A stretch of DNA of 48,768 bases from an uncultured bacterium (GCA_965364445.1 CBDTXM010000003.1:1-48768), one strand, 5' to 3'. Counted from the first letter of the stretch, positions 8,874-19,884 are shown. Notes: generated by a model from the sequence alone, not told the origin. Translations and numbers: made by a program.

Positions 8874-9218
8874 TCAGACCGAGGTCGCGCCCTCGTCCCA
8901 CTCGATCTCGTCGTCCAGCGCATCCTGCATCGCCTCGACCGCGAGCTCGAGCACCTCGTCGAGGATCTCGGCAAACCGTTCCTCACCCGCCTCCAGCCGC
9001 TCGTCGATTTCCTCTCCGAGCGTTTCGATCAGGCCGTCCAGCGCGCCGAAATCCAGCCCCTCCAGGGCTTCCTCCACCCCGTCGGCATCGCGGCCAACGA
9101 GGGAACGGAAGAGGTGGGCGAGGTCGGAGTGCCCATCCTCGTCCAGGTTACGAGCAACCGCGTCGGCCCACAGCGTGAGGGCGTCCTCCTGCGCACGATC
9201 CTGCTTCGCGTCAGACAT
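8874..9218 (-). CDS. Highly acidic hypothetical protein
   Basis: GGAG RBS, 114 aa, about 30% Asp/Glu. Confidence 0.7.
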   Translation of the reverse strand: MSDAKQDRAQEDALTLWADAVARNLDEDGHSDLAHLFRSLVGRDADGVEEALEGLDFGALDGLIETLGEEIDERLEAGEERFAEILDEVLELAVEAMQDALDDEIEWDEGATSV

Positions 9219-9277
9219 GGCTCCGTCCGGTCGGTGCGTGCGGGGACCGGCCGCGATTCGGCCGTCCCCCGGGAACG

Positions 9278-10627
9278 CTATGGCTTGATGTGCCGGGTGG
9301 TCAATCCGGCGAGTACACCTGCGCGGACTTCAGCCCGGTTCACCTTGCCGGATACCGTCTCGGGAAACCGGTCCATCCAGACGAGCGTGCGTGGCCTCTG
9401 CCAGGGTGCCAACCCCTCGCGAATCAACCCGTTCAGGTCGGGATCGGAGCCGGCCGGATCCTGGCCTGCGCTCACTGCCCGCTCCAGCGCAGCGGCTACG
9501 GTCTCGCCCCACTCGGGGTCCTCGATCCCCAGCACGACGGCCCTCCCGACGCCCGGAAGCGCCTCGAGGAACCGCTCGACCTCCGCAGGATCGACATTCT
9601 CGCCGCCACTGAGAATCAAGTCGTCGGCTCGGCCGCGCACGGTGATCGATCCGTCCGGATTCACTCGACCGGCGTCCCCGGTGCGGAACCAGCCAGCTTC
9701 GTCTACCGGCCGCCCGCTGCCATCCCGGTCCAGGTAGTTCGAGAACAGCGCCTCTCCCCTCACCTCCAGACGTCCGTCGCGACTGCGGACCTCCCAACCC
9801 GCCAGCGGCACGGGTGCGCGCGGGGCACCGCCCGGGAGTGCCGTAGCGACCTGGGAGCAGGTCTCCGTCATTCCCCAGGTCTCGAGCACAGGCATGCCGC
9901 GTCCGATCACCTCGTCCCACAGCGCATCGGGCGCCGCTGCTCCGCCGAGCAGGATCGCCCGCAGCGAATCGAATCGGGCCTCGACCCGATCGCGAGGTCC
10001 GGCAGCGAGAAGCCGGGCGAGCATGGTGGGGACGAGCGAGGCCAGTGTCACCTGCTCCCGCCCGACGAGGTCGATGACGGATTCCGCGTCGAATCGGTCG
10101 GCGAGAACCACGGTGCGGCGCGCCGCCAGGCAGCGTGTGAGGATCGACAGCCCTCCGACGTGAGCCAGCGGCAGCACGCACAGCCAGCGATCTCCGTCGC
10201 GCCAGCCGAGTCGCCCGGCACTGGCGCGCGCCGATGCCAGAAACGCGGCGCGAGACAGCTCCACGCCGCGCGGTCGGCCGGTGCTCCCGGAGGTGAACAG
10301 GATCGCCATCGCGTCGGAGTGAGCTGCGAGTCGTGCGCGGCGGGCCTGGATCTCCCTGTCGGGCAATCTCGGGTCGATCGGAGCGAAGGGCACGCGGTCC
10401 TCGATCGCCGCGAGGATGCGGAATACGGTCTCGGGTTCGGGAGATGCGTCGATGATCGTCACTGGTCGGGGGGACTGCGTGTCGGCCTCGGGTGCAGGCA
10501 TTTCCTGTCGGACCCCCTCGACCTCGGCCGCCAGCTCCTGCCAGTTCCACCGCCTCCCATCGGCCGAGATGAGCGCGTGGCCCTTGGGATTCTCCCGGGC
10601 GGCCGCCCGTACCGACAGGGCGGTCAT
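9278..10627 (-). CDS. menE: O-succinylbenzoate--CoA ligase
   Basis: FTSGSTGRPRG, LPLAHVGG, WGMTET, FRTGDAG, ILSGGENV. In men operon. Confidence 0.9.
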   Translation of the reverse strand: MTALSVRAAARENPKGHALISADGRRWNWQELAAEVEGVRQEMPAPEADTQSPRPVTIIDASPEPETVFRILAAIEDRVPFAPIDPRLPDREIQARRARLAAHSDAMAILFTSGSTGRPRGVELSRAAFLASARASAGRLGWRDGDRWLCVLPLAHVGGLSILTRCLAARRTVVLADRFDAESVIDLVGREQVTLASLVPTMLARLLAAGPRDRVEARFDSLRAILLGGAAAPDALWDEVIGRGMPVLETWGMTETCSQVATALPGGAPRAPVPLAGWEVRSRDGRLEVRGEALFSNYLDRDGSGRPVDEAGWFRTGDAGRVNPDGSITVRGRADDLILSGGENVDPAEVERFLEALPGVGRAVVLGIEDPEWGETVAAALERAVSAGQDPAGSDPDLNGLIREGLAPWQRPRTLVWMDRFPETVSGKVNRAEVRAGVLAGLTTRHIKP

Positions 10628-11886
10628 ATCACGCCGTCGCCTCCGGCGCGCGCCACGAGGGCCGAGGGATCGATTCCATGTCCCGAGACCTCAGCCGGAA
10701 CGAGAAGGCTCCCCCGCAGCTGCGGCAACGGAATGTCCTCCCAGGTATCCAGCACACCGATCCGGTCCAGACCCTGCGCGAGAGGAGACTCGTCGGCGAC
10801 GGCCCGATCGAACGGGGCGAGGCCCAGCGCCAGCTCGCAGGCCGCGCCGTGGCCGACCGGACCTTCGAAGCTGTGGGTCACCACGCAGCGGCGACCGTTT
10901 CGGATGGCCCGCAGGCCGAGTTCGAAGCAGCGGTCGAGCCCGCCGAGCGACGATGGTTTGAGAACGAAAGCGCAAATCTCGGGCACCTCCAGCAGCCTTT
11001 TCGCCACCTCGACGTCCCGGAGCGACTCGTCCGCTGCCAGCGGCACGGGCGAATCCTCGAGCTCCACCATCGCGGTTCCCCGAACGGGCTCTTCGACGTA
11101 TTCGGGACGCAGAGCCGCGAGGCGCGCGAGGTTCTCTCGTGCCTCATCCAGCGACCAGGTCCCGTTCGCATCCAGCCGGAGAGCCAGATCGTCTCCGAAC
11201 TCGCCGCGCAGCAGGTGCAGCAGCTCGAGGTCGTGGTCGAATTGTTGGCCGGCGCCGAGCTTCGCCTTCAGAACCCGAATACCCCGCGCATGCGCAGCTT
11301 CGGCAGCCGTCAACGCCGCGGTGCGATCGGTCAGCGGAATCAGGGCGTTGATCGGATACCCGGAGGCCGTGGGACCCGAATCGAAGGATCCGGCGAACCC
11401 TCCCGAGGCCGACGACTCCGAGTCAGTCACCGATCGAAGGAGCAGCTCGTGAGTCGGAATTCCTGCCCGGCGGGCGGCGAGATCCGTCACCGCCGAAATC
11501 ACGGCGCTCCGGGCCGCGGCCGAAGTTCCGAGCAGATCGTCGAGCCGCGCCACCGCGGACGCGGCAGGAGAACCGCCGGGCACCCCGAACCCCGGCAGTG
11601 ACTCCGGTGTCTCGAGGACCGTGAGAAGCGCCGTCATCGCTTCGCCGTCCGCCAGCAGACGAAGCAGGGAGGCGGCGGCTTCCACCGGTCGCTCACCGGC
11701 GTACGAGGCCAGGGGTGACGCTTCTCCCCAGCCCGATCTCCCCTCGCCATCCCGCACTTCGAGAAGGAAGCCGGTCCGCCACGGTGTGACCTCCGACGCC
11801 TCGGCACCGGCATCCGACCCGTTCCGTCCGTCTCCCGTCGGAAGACGAAACCTCAAGACTCTGGCGCGGACAGGTGCGTCGCTCAT
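10624..11886 (-). CDS. menC: O-succinylbenzoate synthase (enolase superfamily)
   Basis: GWGEASPL, KAKLG, RLDANG, VEEP, ADES, VLKP. Confidence 0.85.
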   Translation of the reverse strand: MSDAPVRARVLRFRLPTGDGRNGSDAGAEASEVTPWRTGFLLEVRDGEGRSGWGEASPLASYAGERPVEAAASLLRLLADGEAMTALLTVLETPESLPGFGVPGGSPAASAVARLDDLLGTSAAARSAVISAVTDLAARRAGIPTHELLLRSVTDSESSASGGFAGSFDSGPTASGYPINALIPLTDRTAALTAAEAAHARGIRVLKAKLGAGQQFDHDLELLHLLRGEFGDDLALRLDANGTWSLDEARENLARLAALRPEYVEEPVRGTAMVELEDSPVPLAADESLRDVEVAKRLLEVPEICAFVLKPSSLGGLDRCFELGLRAIRNGRRCVVTHSFEGPVGHGAACELALGLAPFDRAVADESPLAQGLDRIGVLDTWEDIPLPQLRGSLLVPAEVSGHGIDPSALVARAGGDGVI

Positions 11887-12785
11887 CCCCGTCCGCCCAG
11901 CAGAAGTCCCGCGGAGAACAGAATCGACCAGATAAGAAACAGCCGGGCCGTGCCTGCGAGCGTCCGGTTCAAGACCGGCCCCCTTTCATCTCGGAGGGAT
12001 CGAAACAGAGGTACGGCAAGCGGCGCCGCAACGAGGACGAGAAGCACCGTCAGAGGCTGCTCGCCGGCCAGGACGGTCGCGACGGGCACGAGAAATCCCA
12101 GCGCCATCAGTACGGCATATTCGCCAACCCCCCACCCGCGACCGAATCGGACGGGAAGCGTCCGTTTGCCGGCCAGCCGATCCTGCTCCACGTCGCGGAC
12201 GTTGTTGACGACCAGGATCGCGCTCGCGAGGCAACCCGCGGCGAGCCCCGCCGGCCAGGCCGGGCGAGGGACGGCACCTGCCTGGACGAAGGCGGTCCCG
12301 CACACGGCGACGAACCCGAAGAAGACGAGCACGAACAACTCGCCGAGGCCGTTGTAGCCGAGAGGCCACGGGCCCCCCGTGTAAGCGATCGCCGCTCCGA
12401 TCGCCGCCAGGCCGATCGCGATGACCTGCCAGCCTGCCACGGCCGTGAGATAGATGCCCACGAGCATCGACGCGCCGAACACGACCGCCATGCCCCGTCG
12501 CACCTGCTCCGGCGTCAGGAGCCCTGCCTGCGTGACGCGCAGGGGACCGGTGCGGCCCTCCCGGTCGGCCCCGCGTTCGAAGTCGTAGACATCGTTCGCC
12601 AGGTTCGAACCGACCTGCAGCAACAGCGCCCCGAGCGCCGCGGCCGCGGCGGGGCCGGCCCGGAACCCGCCCGCACTCCACGCCACGGCGGTGCCGACGA
12701 GCACCGGGGCCAGCGCGGCGGGAAGCGTCTTCGGTCGCGCCGCGAGCACCCAGGTCTCGAGCACCCCCGGAGCGGGGTCGGTCAT
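11883..12785 (-). CDS. menA: 1,4-dihydroxy-2-naphthoate polyprenyltransferase
   Basis: AARPKTLPA, NLANDVYD, NNVRDVEQD...KRTL, multi-TM. Confidence 0.96.
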   Translation of the reverse strand: MTDPAPGVLETWVLAARPKTLPAALAPVLVGTAVAWSAGGFRAGPAAAAALGALLLQVGSNLANDVYDFERGADREGRTGPLRVTQAGLLTPEQVRRGMAVVFGASMLVGIYLTAVAGWQVIAIGLAAIGAAIAYTGGPWPLGYNGLGELFVLVFFGFVAVCGTAFVQAGAVPRPAWPAGLAAGCLASAILVVNNVRDVEQDRLAGKRTLPVRFGRGWGVGEYAVLMALGFLVPVATVLAGEQPLTVLLVLVAAPLAVPLFRSLRDERGPVLNRTLAGTARLFLIWSILFSAGLLLGGRG

Positions 12786-12790
12786 GCCGG

Positions 12791-13621
12791 TCAGGGAAAG
12801 CGAGGGAATTTCCCGAAATCGGGCTTCCGCTTCTCGAGAAACGCCTGTTTCCCCTCCTGCGCCTCCTCCGTGAGGTAAAACAGGAGAGTCGCATCGCCGG
12901 CCAGCTGCTGCAGTCCGGTCTGCCCGTCACAATCGGCGTTCAGCGAAGCCTTCAGAAGACGGATCGCGGTGGCGCTGTGCTGGAGGATCTCCAGGCACCA
13001 CTGGATGGTCTCCTCCTCGAGCCGCTCCAGCGGAACCACTGCGTTCACCAGCCCCATGTCCAGGGCCTGCTGCGCGTCGTACTGACGGCAGAGGAACCAG
13101 ATCTCACGCGCCTTCTTCTGTCCCACGATCCGGGCGAGGTACGAAGAGCCGAACCCGCCGTCGAAGCTTCCGACCTTCGGGCCGGTCTGCCCGAACCGCG
13201 CGTTGTCCGCGGCGATGGTGAGGTCACAGACCACGTGAAGGACGTGTCCCCCTCCGATCGCGTAGCCGGCCACCATCGCGATCACGGGCTTCGGCATGGT
13301 GCGGATCTGCCGCTGCAGGTCGAGCACGTTCAGCCGTGGAACTTCGTCACTGCCCGCGTAGCCGCCCAGCTTGCGGACCGACTGGTCGCCCCCCGAGCAG
13401 AACGCCTCGCCCCCGGCGCCGGTCAGGATCGCGACCCCGATCTCCGGATCCTGTCGAACGTCGGCGAAGGCCCGTTCCATCTCGAACACGGTCTGGGGCC
13501 GGAACGCGTTCCGTACGCGGGGCCGGTTGATGGTCACCTTCGCGATCCCCTGCTCACACTTGTGATACAGGATGTCCTCGAATCCGAAGTCATCCTGGAG
13601 AATCCAGTCTACGGCGCTCAT
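12791..13621 (-). CDS. menB: 1,4-dihydroxy-2-naphthoyl-CoA synthase
   Basis: [34 protein letters not shown]. Start at ATG 13621. Confidence 0.98.
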   Translation of the reverse strand: MSAVDWILQDDFGFEDILYHKCEQGIAKVTINRPRVRNAFRPQTVFEMERAFADVRQDPEIGVAILTGAGGEAFCSGGDQSVRKLGGYAGSDEVPRLNVLDLQRQIRTMPKPVIAMVAGYAIGGGHVLHVVCDLTIAADNARFGQTGPKVGSFDGGFGSSYLARIVGQKKAREIWFLCRQYDAQQALDMGLVNAVVPLERLEEETIQWCLEILQHSATAIRLLKASLNADCDGQTGLQQLAGDATLLFYLTEEAQEGKQAFLEKRKPDFGKFPRFP

Positions 13622-13800
13622 TCGCGTCGAACCTCCCGGGCGATCGGAGATCGCCTCTTCGCGTGTCGGTGTTCCGGGATGCGGACAGCGTCCCCTCGAT
13701 TGACGGAGGCAAAATACGACAGGTCGGCGCCGAGGAAACACGCCGGGCGCAGCTGGCTCGGCCCGTGCAGGACCGACCCCGCCGGCACGGCTTCGGAACC

Positions 13801-15579
13801 TCAGCCTTTTGCGGCGGCTTCCCCGAGCCGGACCACCCACTCCGCCGTCGGGAGTCCATCCAGTCGGGCCTCGATCACGGTCGCGCCGGTACGGCCGTGG
13901 GACTCGGCGATCGCATCGGCCAGCGCGGATGTCGAATCGACGGTCACACCCGTGACTCCGAAGGCAGTGGCCGCAGCCGTCGGGCTCACCTGGGGAGGCG
14001 TGTGGAAGAAGCGCGAGAATGCAGCCGGGTCTCCCGACAGTGCGTCACGAACGGGCAGCAGGTCGAAGAGACGACCCCCACCGTTGCACAGGACGACGAT
14101 CGCCAGGGAGCCCTGGATGTCGCGCGCCGCGGCCAGACCTCCGACATCGTGTTGGAACCCGACGTCACCCAGCAGCAGGAGTCCCGGAAATCCGGAGGCG
14201 CCGACGGCGCCGGCCGCGGTCGAGATCGCACCGTCGATCCCGCTCGCTCCCCGCTGGGAGAGGACCGCGATCGAGCGCTCGGACGCGGGGCAGAACAGGT
14301 CCGCTTCCCGGACCGGAAGCGAGTTGCCGAGCGACAGAAGACTGCCTGCCGCCAGGGATTCCAGGCAGGTGCGAACCGCGGCCGGCTCGGGAAACCCGCC
14401 CTGCGACGCGAGCATCCCGTCGAGAGCGTTCCACACCCGGTCGGACCCCCGTCTCGCACGCGCGGACCAGTCGGCCTCCGGGGCGATTCCGTCCAGCCGC
14501 TCGGACAGGCCGTCCAGCGCCCGGGCGGGATCCGTGATCCAGACATCCGCGGCGCGATTGAACGCTTCTGGATAGCCGCGCGCGGCGATGACGACCCGCT
14601 CGGGCGCCCGGTCGGAGGCGAGCCATCCGGCCAGACCGCGGCCGGTGGGTGCATTGCCGATCTGCAGGACGAAGTCGGGATGCAGGGATCCGTCTCCCCG
14701 GCCATTGCCGAGCAACGGCTCGAACGCATCCAGCATCAGCCGGCGGGGCACGCCCCCACCGAAACGAAGTTGACTCGTCGCTTCCGGCGCGAGCACGAAG
14801 CCCGAGCGTTCGAGGAAGCGAGTCACGACTGCCGCCGGAATCGCCCCGGTGACGGCCATCGGTCCGGCGAGCAGCACGCCCCGGTGGGCGCGATGCAGCT
14901 TCGTGGCGAGAGAATCCAGATCCTCGGGGCGGGGCTCGGGATTCGGGCGTCGCGGACGCGGGAGACCCGCAGCGAGTGCAGCGTCGGCGCGGGAGCGAAG
15001 GCCCGCGACCTCCGGCGTGTCGGCCCCGGTCGGCTGCAGCGGTTTGCGGAATCGCGCGTTCAAATGCACGGGACCGGGGTCGGGAGACAGTGCGGCCTGC
15101 ACGACCCGCGCTGCGGTCCTCGGCAGGCCGTCCCAGGCCCGGGGATCCGGGTCGGGGAGGCCGAGATCCAGCGCCATGCGTACCCATCGGCCGAAGAGGT
15201 GCGCCTGGTCGATCGTCTGATTGGCACCCCGGGACATCAGCTCGGGCGGCCGATCCGCGCTCAGGACCACCAGGGGAACGCCCGACAGCGAGGCCTCGAT
15301 GAGCGCCGGATAGTAGTGAGCGGCGGCGGTCCCCGAGGTGCAGACGAGCAGGCCCGGTTCACCGGTGACCCTCGCCTGGCCGAGCGCCACGAATCCGGCT
15401 ACCCGCTCATCGGCGACCACCATCGCCCCCAATCGGCCCTCCGCCTCGGCACGACGGAGTGCGAGAACGAGCGGAGTGGATCTGGATCCGGGGCTCACCA
15501 CCGCCCGTCGGACCCCGCTCGCGGCCAGCGAGTCGATCAGAAGGTCGGCCCAGGCGGCCTGAAGGTTCGCGTAGCTCAT
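13801..15579 (-). CDS. menD: SEPHCHC synthase
   Basis: [48 protein letters not shown]...NGGG ThDP motif. ATG 15579 overlaps the menF stop. Confidence 0.95.
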   Translation of the reverse strand: MSYANLQAAWADLLIDSLAASGVRRAVVSPGSRSTPLVLALRRAEAEGRLGAMVVADERVAGFVALGQARVTGEPGLLVCTSGTAAAHYYPALIEASLSGVPLVVLSADRPPELMSRGANQTIDQAHLFGRWVRMALDLGLPDPDPRAWDGLPRTAARVVQAALSPDPGPVHLNARFRKPLQPTGADTPEVAGLRSRADAALAAGLPRPRRPNPEPRPEDLDSLATKLHRAHRGVLLAGPMAVTGAIPAAVVTRFLERSGFVLAPEATSQLRFGGGVPRRLMLDAFEPLLGNGRGDGSLHPDFVLQIGNAPTGRGLAGWLASDRAPERVVIAARGYPEAFNRAADVWITDPARALDGLSERLDGIAPEADWSARARRGSDRVWNALDGMLASQGGFPEPAAVRTCLESLAAGSLLSLGNSLPVREADLFCPASERSIAVLSQRGASGIDGAISTAAGAVGASGFPGLLLLGDVGFQHDVGGLAAARDIQGSLAIVVLCNGGGRLFDLLPVRDALSGDPAAFSRFFHTPPQVSPTAAATAFGVTGVTVDSTSALADAIAESHGRTGATVIEARLDGLPTAEWVVRLGEAAAKG

Positions 15580-17054
15580 CCCGGAATCTCCGTGACACCG
15601 AGCGCCGACGACAGGCGTCCGAGTTTCGCCTCGGTCTCCCGGAACTCGGCCTCGGGATCGGAAGCGAGAACGATTCCCGCCCCCGCGTACAGCCAGGCCC
15701 GGTCCGGGCCGACGAGGGCGGACCGGATTCCCACCGCGATCTGTGCGTCGCCATCGGGCGTCACCCAGCCTACGGGCCCCGCGTACCAGCCTCGTTCCAC
15801 CGGTTCCCGCTCCGCCAGAAATCGCAGTGCCGCCTCCCTGGGAAGACCCCCGACTGCCGGGGTGGGATGGAGGGCGGTGAGGATCTCGAAAGGACCCACA
15901 CCGGGCCGCAGATCGGCCTCGATCGCCGAGCACAGGTGCGCGAGCCCGGTCAGACCCCGGACCTCGGGCCAGGGAGGAAGCTCCCGCCGGAGTACGATCG
16001 GCTCAAGCGCCTCTACGATCCCGCGCACCACCAGGGCGTGCTCCTCGAGATCTTTCCCACTCCCGAACAGCTGCTCGGCGGCCCGGGCCAGGGAAGCTGT
16101 CCGCTCGATGTCGGGGTCCAGTTGTCGGGTGCCCGCCAGTGCCTCGGTGCGCAGCCGGTCTCTCCGCTTCTCCGTCAGCAGTTCGGGGGAGGCGCCGAGG
16201 AAGGTCCGGTTGCCGCGACGCACCCCGAACACGTACTCGCGCTTCCGGGATGCCAGTCCGGAGAGGAGCCGGACAGGGTCGCACGGGGCAGGAAGTCGCA
16301 CCGTGCGTCGCCGGCAGACGACGACCTTGCGCAGGTCCCCGCTCCGGATCCGGTCCCGGGCTGCCTCGACGAGCTGCACCCAGTCGTCGGGCGCCGGCCC
16401 GACACCGGACGCGGGCCGCCGCGCGCCATCGCCGGGTGCAGATGACGTGTCCTGGCCGGCGTGCTCCGCGGGCCCCTTCCCACCCTCGGTTTCGAGGTCG
16501 CCCTCGGCTCCGGTGAGCAGCGCTTCGATCCAGGCGGTCGCCAGGGACTGGTTCTCCGAAACCGAGGACCCGTCGAGGGCCAGCCGGCCCCGGACGCATC
16601 CGTCTGTCTCCTCGACGACCAGCTGCGGAAGTACGAATCCACTCTCACCGAAGTTTTCCCACGCTCCCCGATCGGCGTTCGCCGAGAACGCTGCTCCCCC
16701 GAAGAGTCGGACCGGTTCCGGGCACGGTGCGCCGGATTCCAGATCGAGGTGAATGAGCCGATCGGCCAGCCGGGTCAGTGATTCTGCCGACCGGGCGGGA
16801 TCGGTACCCGGGCCGGCGGGCACGAACGCGACGTGGCCGGCCGAGGCGCTGCTCGGCCCGTCGGGCGATCGCCAGAAAGTGGCGTCCGAGTCCGGAAACG
16901 CCCGCCAGACTCGCAGTGGCTGAAACCCGGACGGCAAGTCGAAGGAGAGAACGAGCAGATCGTCGGATGCACCGAGCCCGGCCAGCCGTGACTGAAACGC
17001 TTCCTGCAGGTCCCGCGCAGTTGCGGGATCGCAGTTCCGGGTCCCGGTCGCCAC
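15576..17054 (-). CDS. menF: Isochorismate synthase
   Basis: KVV, GASPELL, EALAGT, KDLEEH, LHPTPAVGG, RGWYAG, AGAGIV. Confidence 0.92.
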   Translation of the reverse strand: MATGTRNCDPATARDLQEAFQSRLAGLGASDDLLVLSFDLPSGFQPLRVWRAFPDSDATFWRSPDGPSSASAGHVAFVPAGPGTDPARSAESLTRLADRLIHLDLESGAPCPEPVRLFGGAAFSANADRGAWENFGESGFVLPQLVVEETDGCVRGRLALDGSSVSENQSLATAWIEALLTGAEGDLETEGGKGPAEHAGQDTSSAPGDGARRPASGVGPAPDDWVQLVEAARDRIRSGDLRKVVVCRRRTVRLPAPCDPVRLLSGLASRKREYVFGVRRGNRTFLGASPELLTEKRRDRLRTEALAGTRQLDPDIERTASLARAAEQLFGSGKDLEEHALVVRGIVEALEPIVLRRELPPWPEVRGLTGLAHLCSAIEADLRPGVGPFEILTALHPTPAVGGLPREAALRFLAEREPVERGWYAGPVGWVTPDGDAQIAVGIRSALVGPDRAWLYAGAGIVLASDPEAEFRETEAKLGRLSSALGVTEIPG

Positions 17055-17074
17055 GGCGTCCGGCGGTCCCGGTC

Positions 17075-18079
17075 TCAGCCGGTCAGGGGGACGGCGAAGG
17101 GAAAGGGCGCGTCCAACTCCGCTGCGAGCGACTCGATCTCGTCGAACGTCAGCGCCTGGGGTCCATCGCTCATCGCATGCCCCGGGTCCGGATGCACCTC
17201 GATCAGCAGCCCGGCGGCGCCGGCGGCGATCGCGGCCCGGCTCAGGTGCGGGATCAGATCACGCCGGCCGAGCCCATGCGACGGATCGACGATCACCGGG
17301 AGGCCGTGAACGTGACGCAACAGCGCGACGGATCCGAGATCCAGCAGGTTGCGCGTCCGGTCGTCGAAGCTGCGGATGCCCCGTTCGCAGAACACAACCG
17401 AGGGCGCCCCACCCGCGAGGCAGTACTCGGCTGCCGAAAGCCACTCCTCCACCGTCGCCGCCATGCCCCGCTTCACGAGCACCGGCCGACCGCTGCGACC
17501 GGCCGCGTCGAGCAGTGCTCCGTTGTGCATGTTCCGGGAACCGATCTGGACCAGGTCCGCCACCTCGGCGACCGCGTCCACCGACCTCTCGGAGAGGGCC
17601 TCGGTGACCACCAGCAGGCCGTGCGCATCGGCCGCCTCACGCAACCAGCGGAGCGCGGAAGTCCCGACTCCCTGGAAGTCGTAGGGCGAGGTGCGGGGCT
17701 TGTAGGCGCCGCCGCGAAGAAAGCGGGTCCCGAGTCGTGCCAGTCGCTCCGCGGCTTCGTGGATGCTTCGCTCGGACTCGACGCTGCAGGGTCCGGCCAT
17801 GATCACGGGGTCGGCATCGCCGCCGATCTCGACGCCGCCGATCTCCACCGAGGGGCTGAGAATGTCCACCCTCGGGTGCCGCGATGCCGGTTCGGACACG
17901 TCGGCAACGCCCGGCACGCCGAGCAGTGCATCGCGATCTACGTTGCCGGAGTGCGAATGCACGTAGAGCTGCACCGACCCGCGCCTCCCTTCGAACGGGG
18001 AGGTCCACAGGCCGAGGGCGGCCAGGGCATCGCGAACGATCCCCGCATTCACTCCCTCTTTCAGCGTTACGATCATCAC
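17075..18079 (-). CDS. aroF: DAHP synthase, class I-beta
   Basis: MAGPCSVES, GGAYKPRTSPYDFQG, QIGSRNM, CERGIR, DPSHG, SDGPQ. Start is GTG 18079 or ATG 18076. Confidence 0.92.
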   Translation of the reverse strand: MMIVTLKEGVNAGIVRDALAALGLWTSPFEGRRGSVQLYVHSHSGNVDRDALLGVPGVADVSEPASRHPRVDILSPSVEIGGVEIGGDADPVIMAGPCSVESERSIHEAAERLARLGTRFLRGGAYKPRTSPYDFQGVGTSALRWLREAADAHGLLVVTEALSERSVDAVAEVADLVQIGSRNMHNGALLDAAGRSGRPVLVKRGMAATVEEWLSAAEYCLAGGAPSVVFCERGIRSFDDRTRNLLDLGSVALLRHVHGLPVIVDPSHGLGRRDLIPHLSRAAIAAGAAGLLIEVHPDPGHAMSDGPQALTFDEIESLAAELDAPFPFAVPLTG

Positions 18080-18210
18080 ATCAGTCGGTCGAGTGTCCGC
18101 GTTTCAAGGGGCGCGAAGGATGCGCAGAAACCCGCATCAATACAAGGTCTCTTTCGCGATCCCGGCGCGCCAGTACGGAGACCCGCGGGTGGGAGAGTTG
18201 TTCCGGAGGT

Positions 18211-18528
18211 CTACTTCGCGCCGAGGCGGGCCCTCCACTCGGCCTCCTCGAGCACCCAGCGCAGTTGCTTCCGGAGAGCCTCGCTCGACTCGAGCTCATC
18301 GACCATGATCCGGATCGCCTTCAGTACGTCGCGGTCCTTCTGCCGGCGAAGGGGCCCGTGCTGGGGAAGACGCCGCAACGCGCGCGCCGCCGCGCCTGCC
18401 GGATCGGCGTCCACCGAATCTCTCGTCACTTCCAGGTACAGCGCCACCAGGTGGCGCGCACGATCCGTCATCGCCGCCTGCCTGAGGAGGTCATCGGTGC
18501 TCGTCGGTAGCTCGGGTCGATGCGACAT
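18211..18528 (-). CDS. Hypothetical helical protein upstream of the men operon
   Basis: 105 aa, protein-like composition, purine-rich leader, same strand as aroF. Confidence 0.55.
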   Translation of the reverse strand: MSHRPELPTSTDDLLRQAAMTDRARHLVALYLEVTRDSVDADPAGAAARALRRLPQHGPLRRQKDRDVLKAIRIMVDELESSEALRKQLRWVLEEAEWRARLGAK

Positions 18529-18812
18529 CTCTGCTCTTCGGTATCGAGTTCTGGTTCGAGGCCCCGTCGGCCGCGTTCGGAAACGGAGAACGCAACGCCC
18601 GTGCCCATTCCCAAATCAATACCCAGAAACAAGTTAGGTTTTTCGAGCGTCGCCGGGAGTTGCAGAACCGCAACATCCCGTCTGCTACATTCTACCGGGT
18701 CCGGGCCTTCGCTGTCGCGGGAGGGCCGGGTGCTTGCGCCGGCACGGCTGCGGCCCGAGCGTTCGCCAGCGCCCGCGGCGTGCAGGGCGCAACCCCGCGA
18801 GGAGCGATTGCG

Positions 18813-19880
18813 ATGCGTGCCTCGATCCGAGTTCTGACGGCGTTGGCCCTGTTGCCGGGCGCCGCTTCCCTCTCGGCCCAGGACAGGACTGCCATGAGCA
18901 TTACCGACGTCCCCGGCATCCGGGTCGGGCATCACACACTGCCGGAGCGACCCACCGGGTGCACGGTCGTCCTCGCGCCGGAGGGAGCCACGGCCGGTGT
19001 CGACGTGCGCGGTGGAGCGCCCGGTACCCGGGAAACCGCTCTCCTCGACCCCGCGAACTCGGTGAGCCGGGTACACGCCGTAGTACTCTCCGGCGGCAGC
19101 GCCTTCGGCCTCGACGCGGCGACGGGGACGACCGGCTGGCTGGAAGAGCAGGGCATCGGATACGAGGCGGGCGGTTTTCGTGTCCCGATCGTGGTCGCGG
19201 CCATCCTGTTCGACCTGGGGGTCGGCGATGGCTCGATCCGACCCGGGGCCGACTGCGGATACGAGGCGGCGCGTTCCGCCGTCTCCTCCGCTCCGGCGGA
19301 GGGAAACGTCGGTGCGGGCGCAGGGGCAACGGTGGGGAAGCTGCGGGGCATGGAGCGTGCGATGAAGGGCGGCATCGGGTCGGTGTCGGTCCGCGGTTCG
19401 AACGACCTCGTGGTGGGCGCCCTGATCGCCGTGAACCCGCTCGGCGACGTGATCGACCCCGCAACGGGCGAAGTGGTCGCCGGGGTGCGAACGGAAGACG
19501 GGACCAGTCTGGCCGATGCTCGTAGAGTGCTGAGGAGCGGACCGCACGACATCGAGGCGGGCTCTCCCGGCAACACCGTGATCGGAGTCGTGGCGACGAA
19601 CGCGGCACTCACCAAGTCGGAAGCCACGATGGTCGCGAGGATGGCGCATGACGGACTGGCCCGTGCGGTGTGGCCCGCGCACACGCCGTGGGACGGCGAT
19701 ACCCTGTTCGTGCTCTCCACCGGAGAATCGAGCGACGCGGCGGTGAGCCCCCGGGCCGACCTGACCGAAGTGGGCGCGCTCGCCGCCGATGCCGTAGCCG
19801 AAGCGATCCTGCGAGCGGTCCGGGCCGCTGAGAGTCTCCCGGGTCTGCCCGCCGCCGGAGACCTCGGCGAATCCCCCTGA
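18813..19880 (+). CDS. Secreted P1/DmpA (S58) family peptidase
   Basis: GAGGAG RBS, signal peptide, SITDVPGIRVGH, DVRGGAPGTRET, GGSAFGL, GNT autocleavage site, HTPWDGD. Confidence 0.92.
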   Translation: MRASIRVLTALALLPGAASLSAQDRTAMSITDVPGIRVGHHTLPERPTGCTVVLAPEGATAGVDVRGGAPGTRETALLDPANSVSRVHAVVLSGGSAFGLDAATGTTGWLEEQGIGYEAGGFRVPIVVAAILFDLGVGDGSIRPGADCGYEAARSAVSSAPAEGNVGAGAGATVGKLRGMERAMKGGIGSVSVRGSNDLVVGALIAVNPLGDVIDPATGEVVAGVRTEDGTSLADARRVLRSGPHDIEAGSPGNTVIGVVATNAALTKSEATMVARMAHDGLARAVWPAHTPWDGDTLFVLSTGESSDAAVSPRADLTEVGALAADAVAEAILRAVRAAESLPGLPAAGDLGESP

Positions 19881-19884
19881 TCCG

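Noticed and set aside
13622-13800. menH pseudogene remnant
   Set aside because: No alpha/beta-hydrolase motif is visible; the gap looks like an intergenic or internal promoter region.
13663-16752. 1029-aa plus-strand ORF (likewise 9290..11452, 19609..21546, 37309..39354 and similar)
   Set aside because: These are antisense shadows of well-supported genes in high-GC DNA, Arg/Pro/Gly-rich with no motifs.
18131-18626. Repeated ATCAATAC upstream of aroF and of the 18211-18528 ORF, read as FNR sites
   Set aside because: Only half-sites; there is no TTGAT-N4-ATCAA palindrome.
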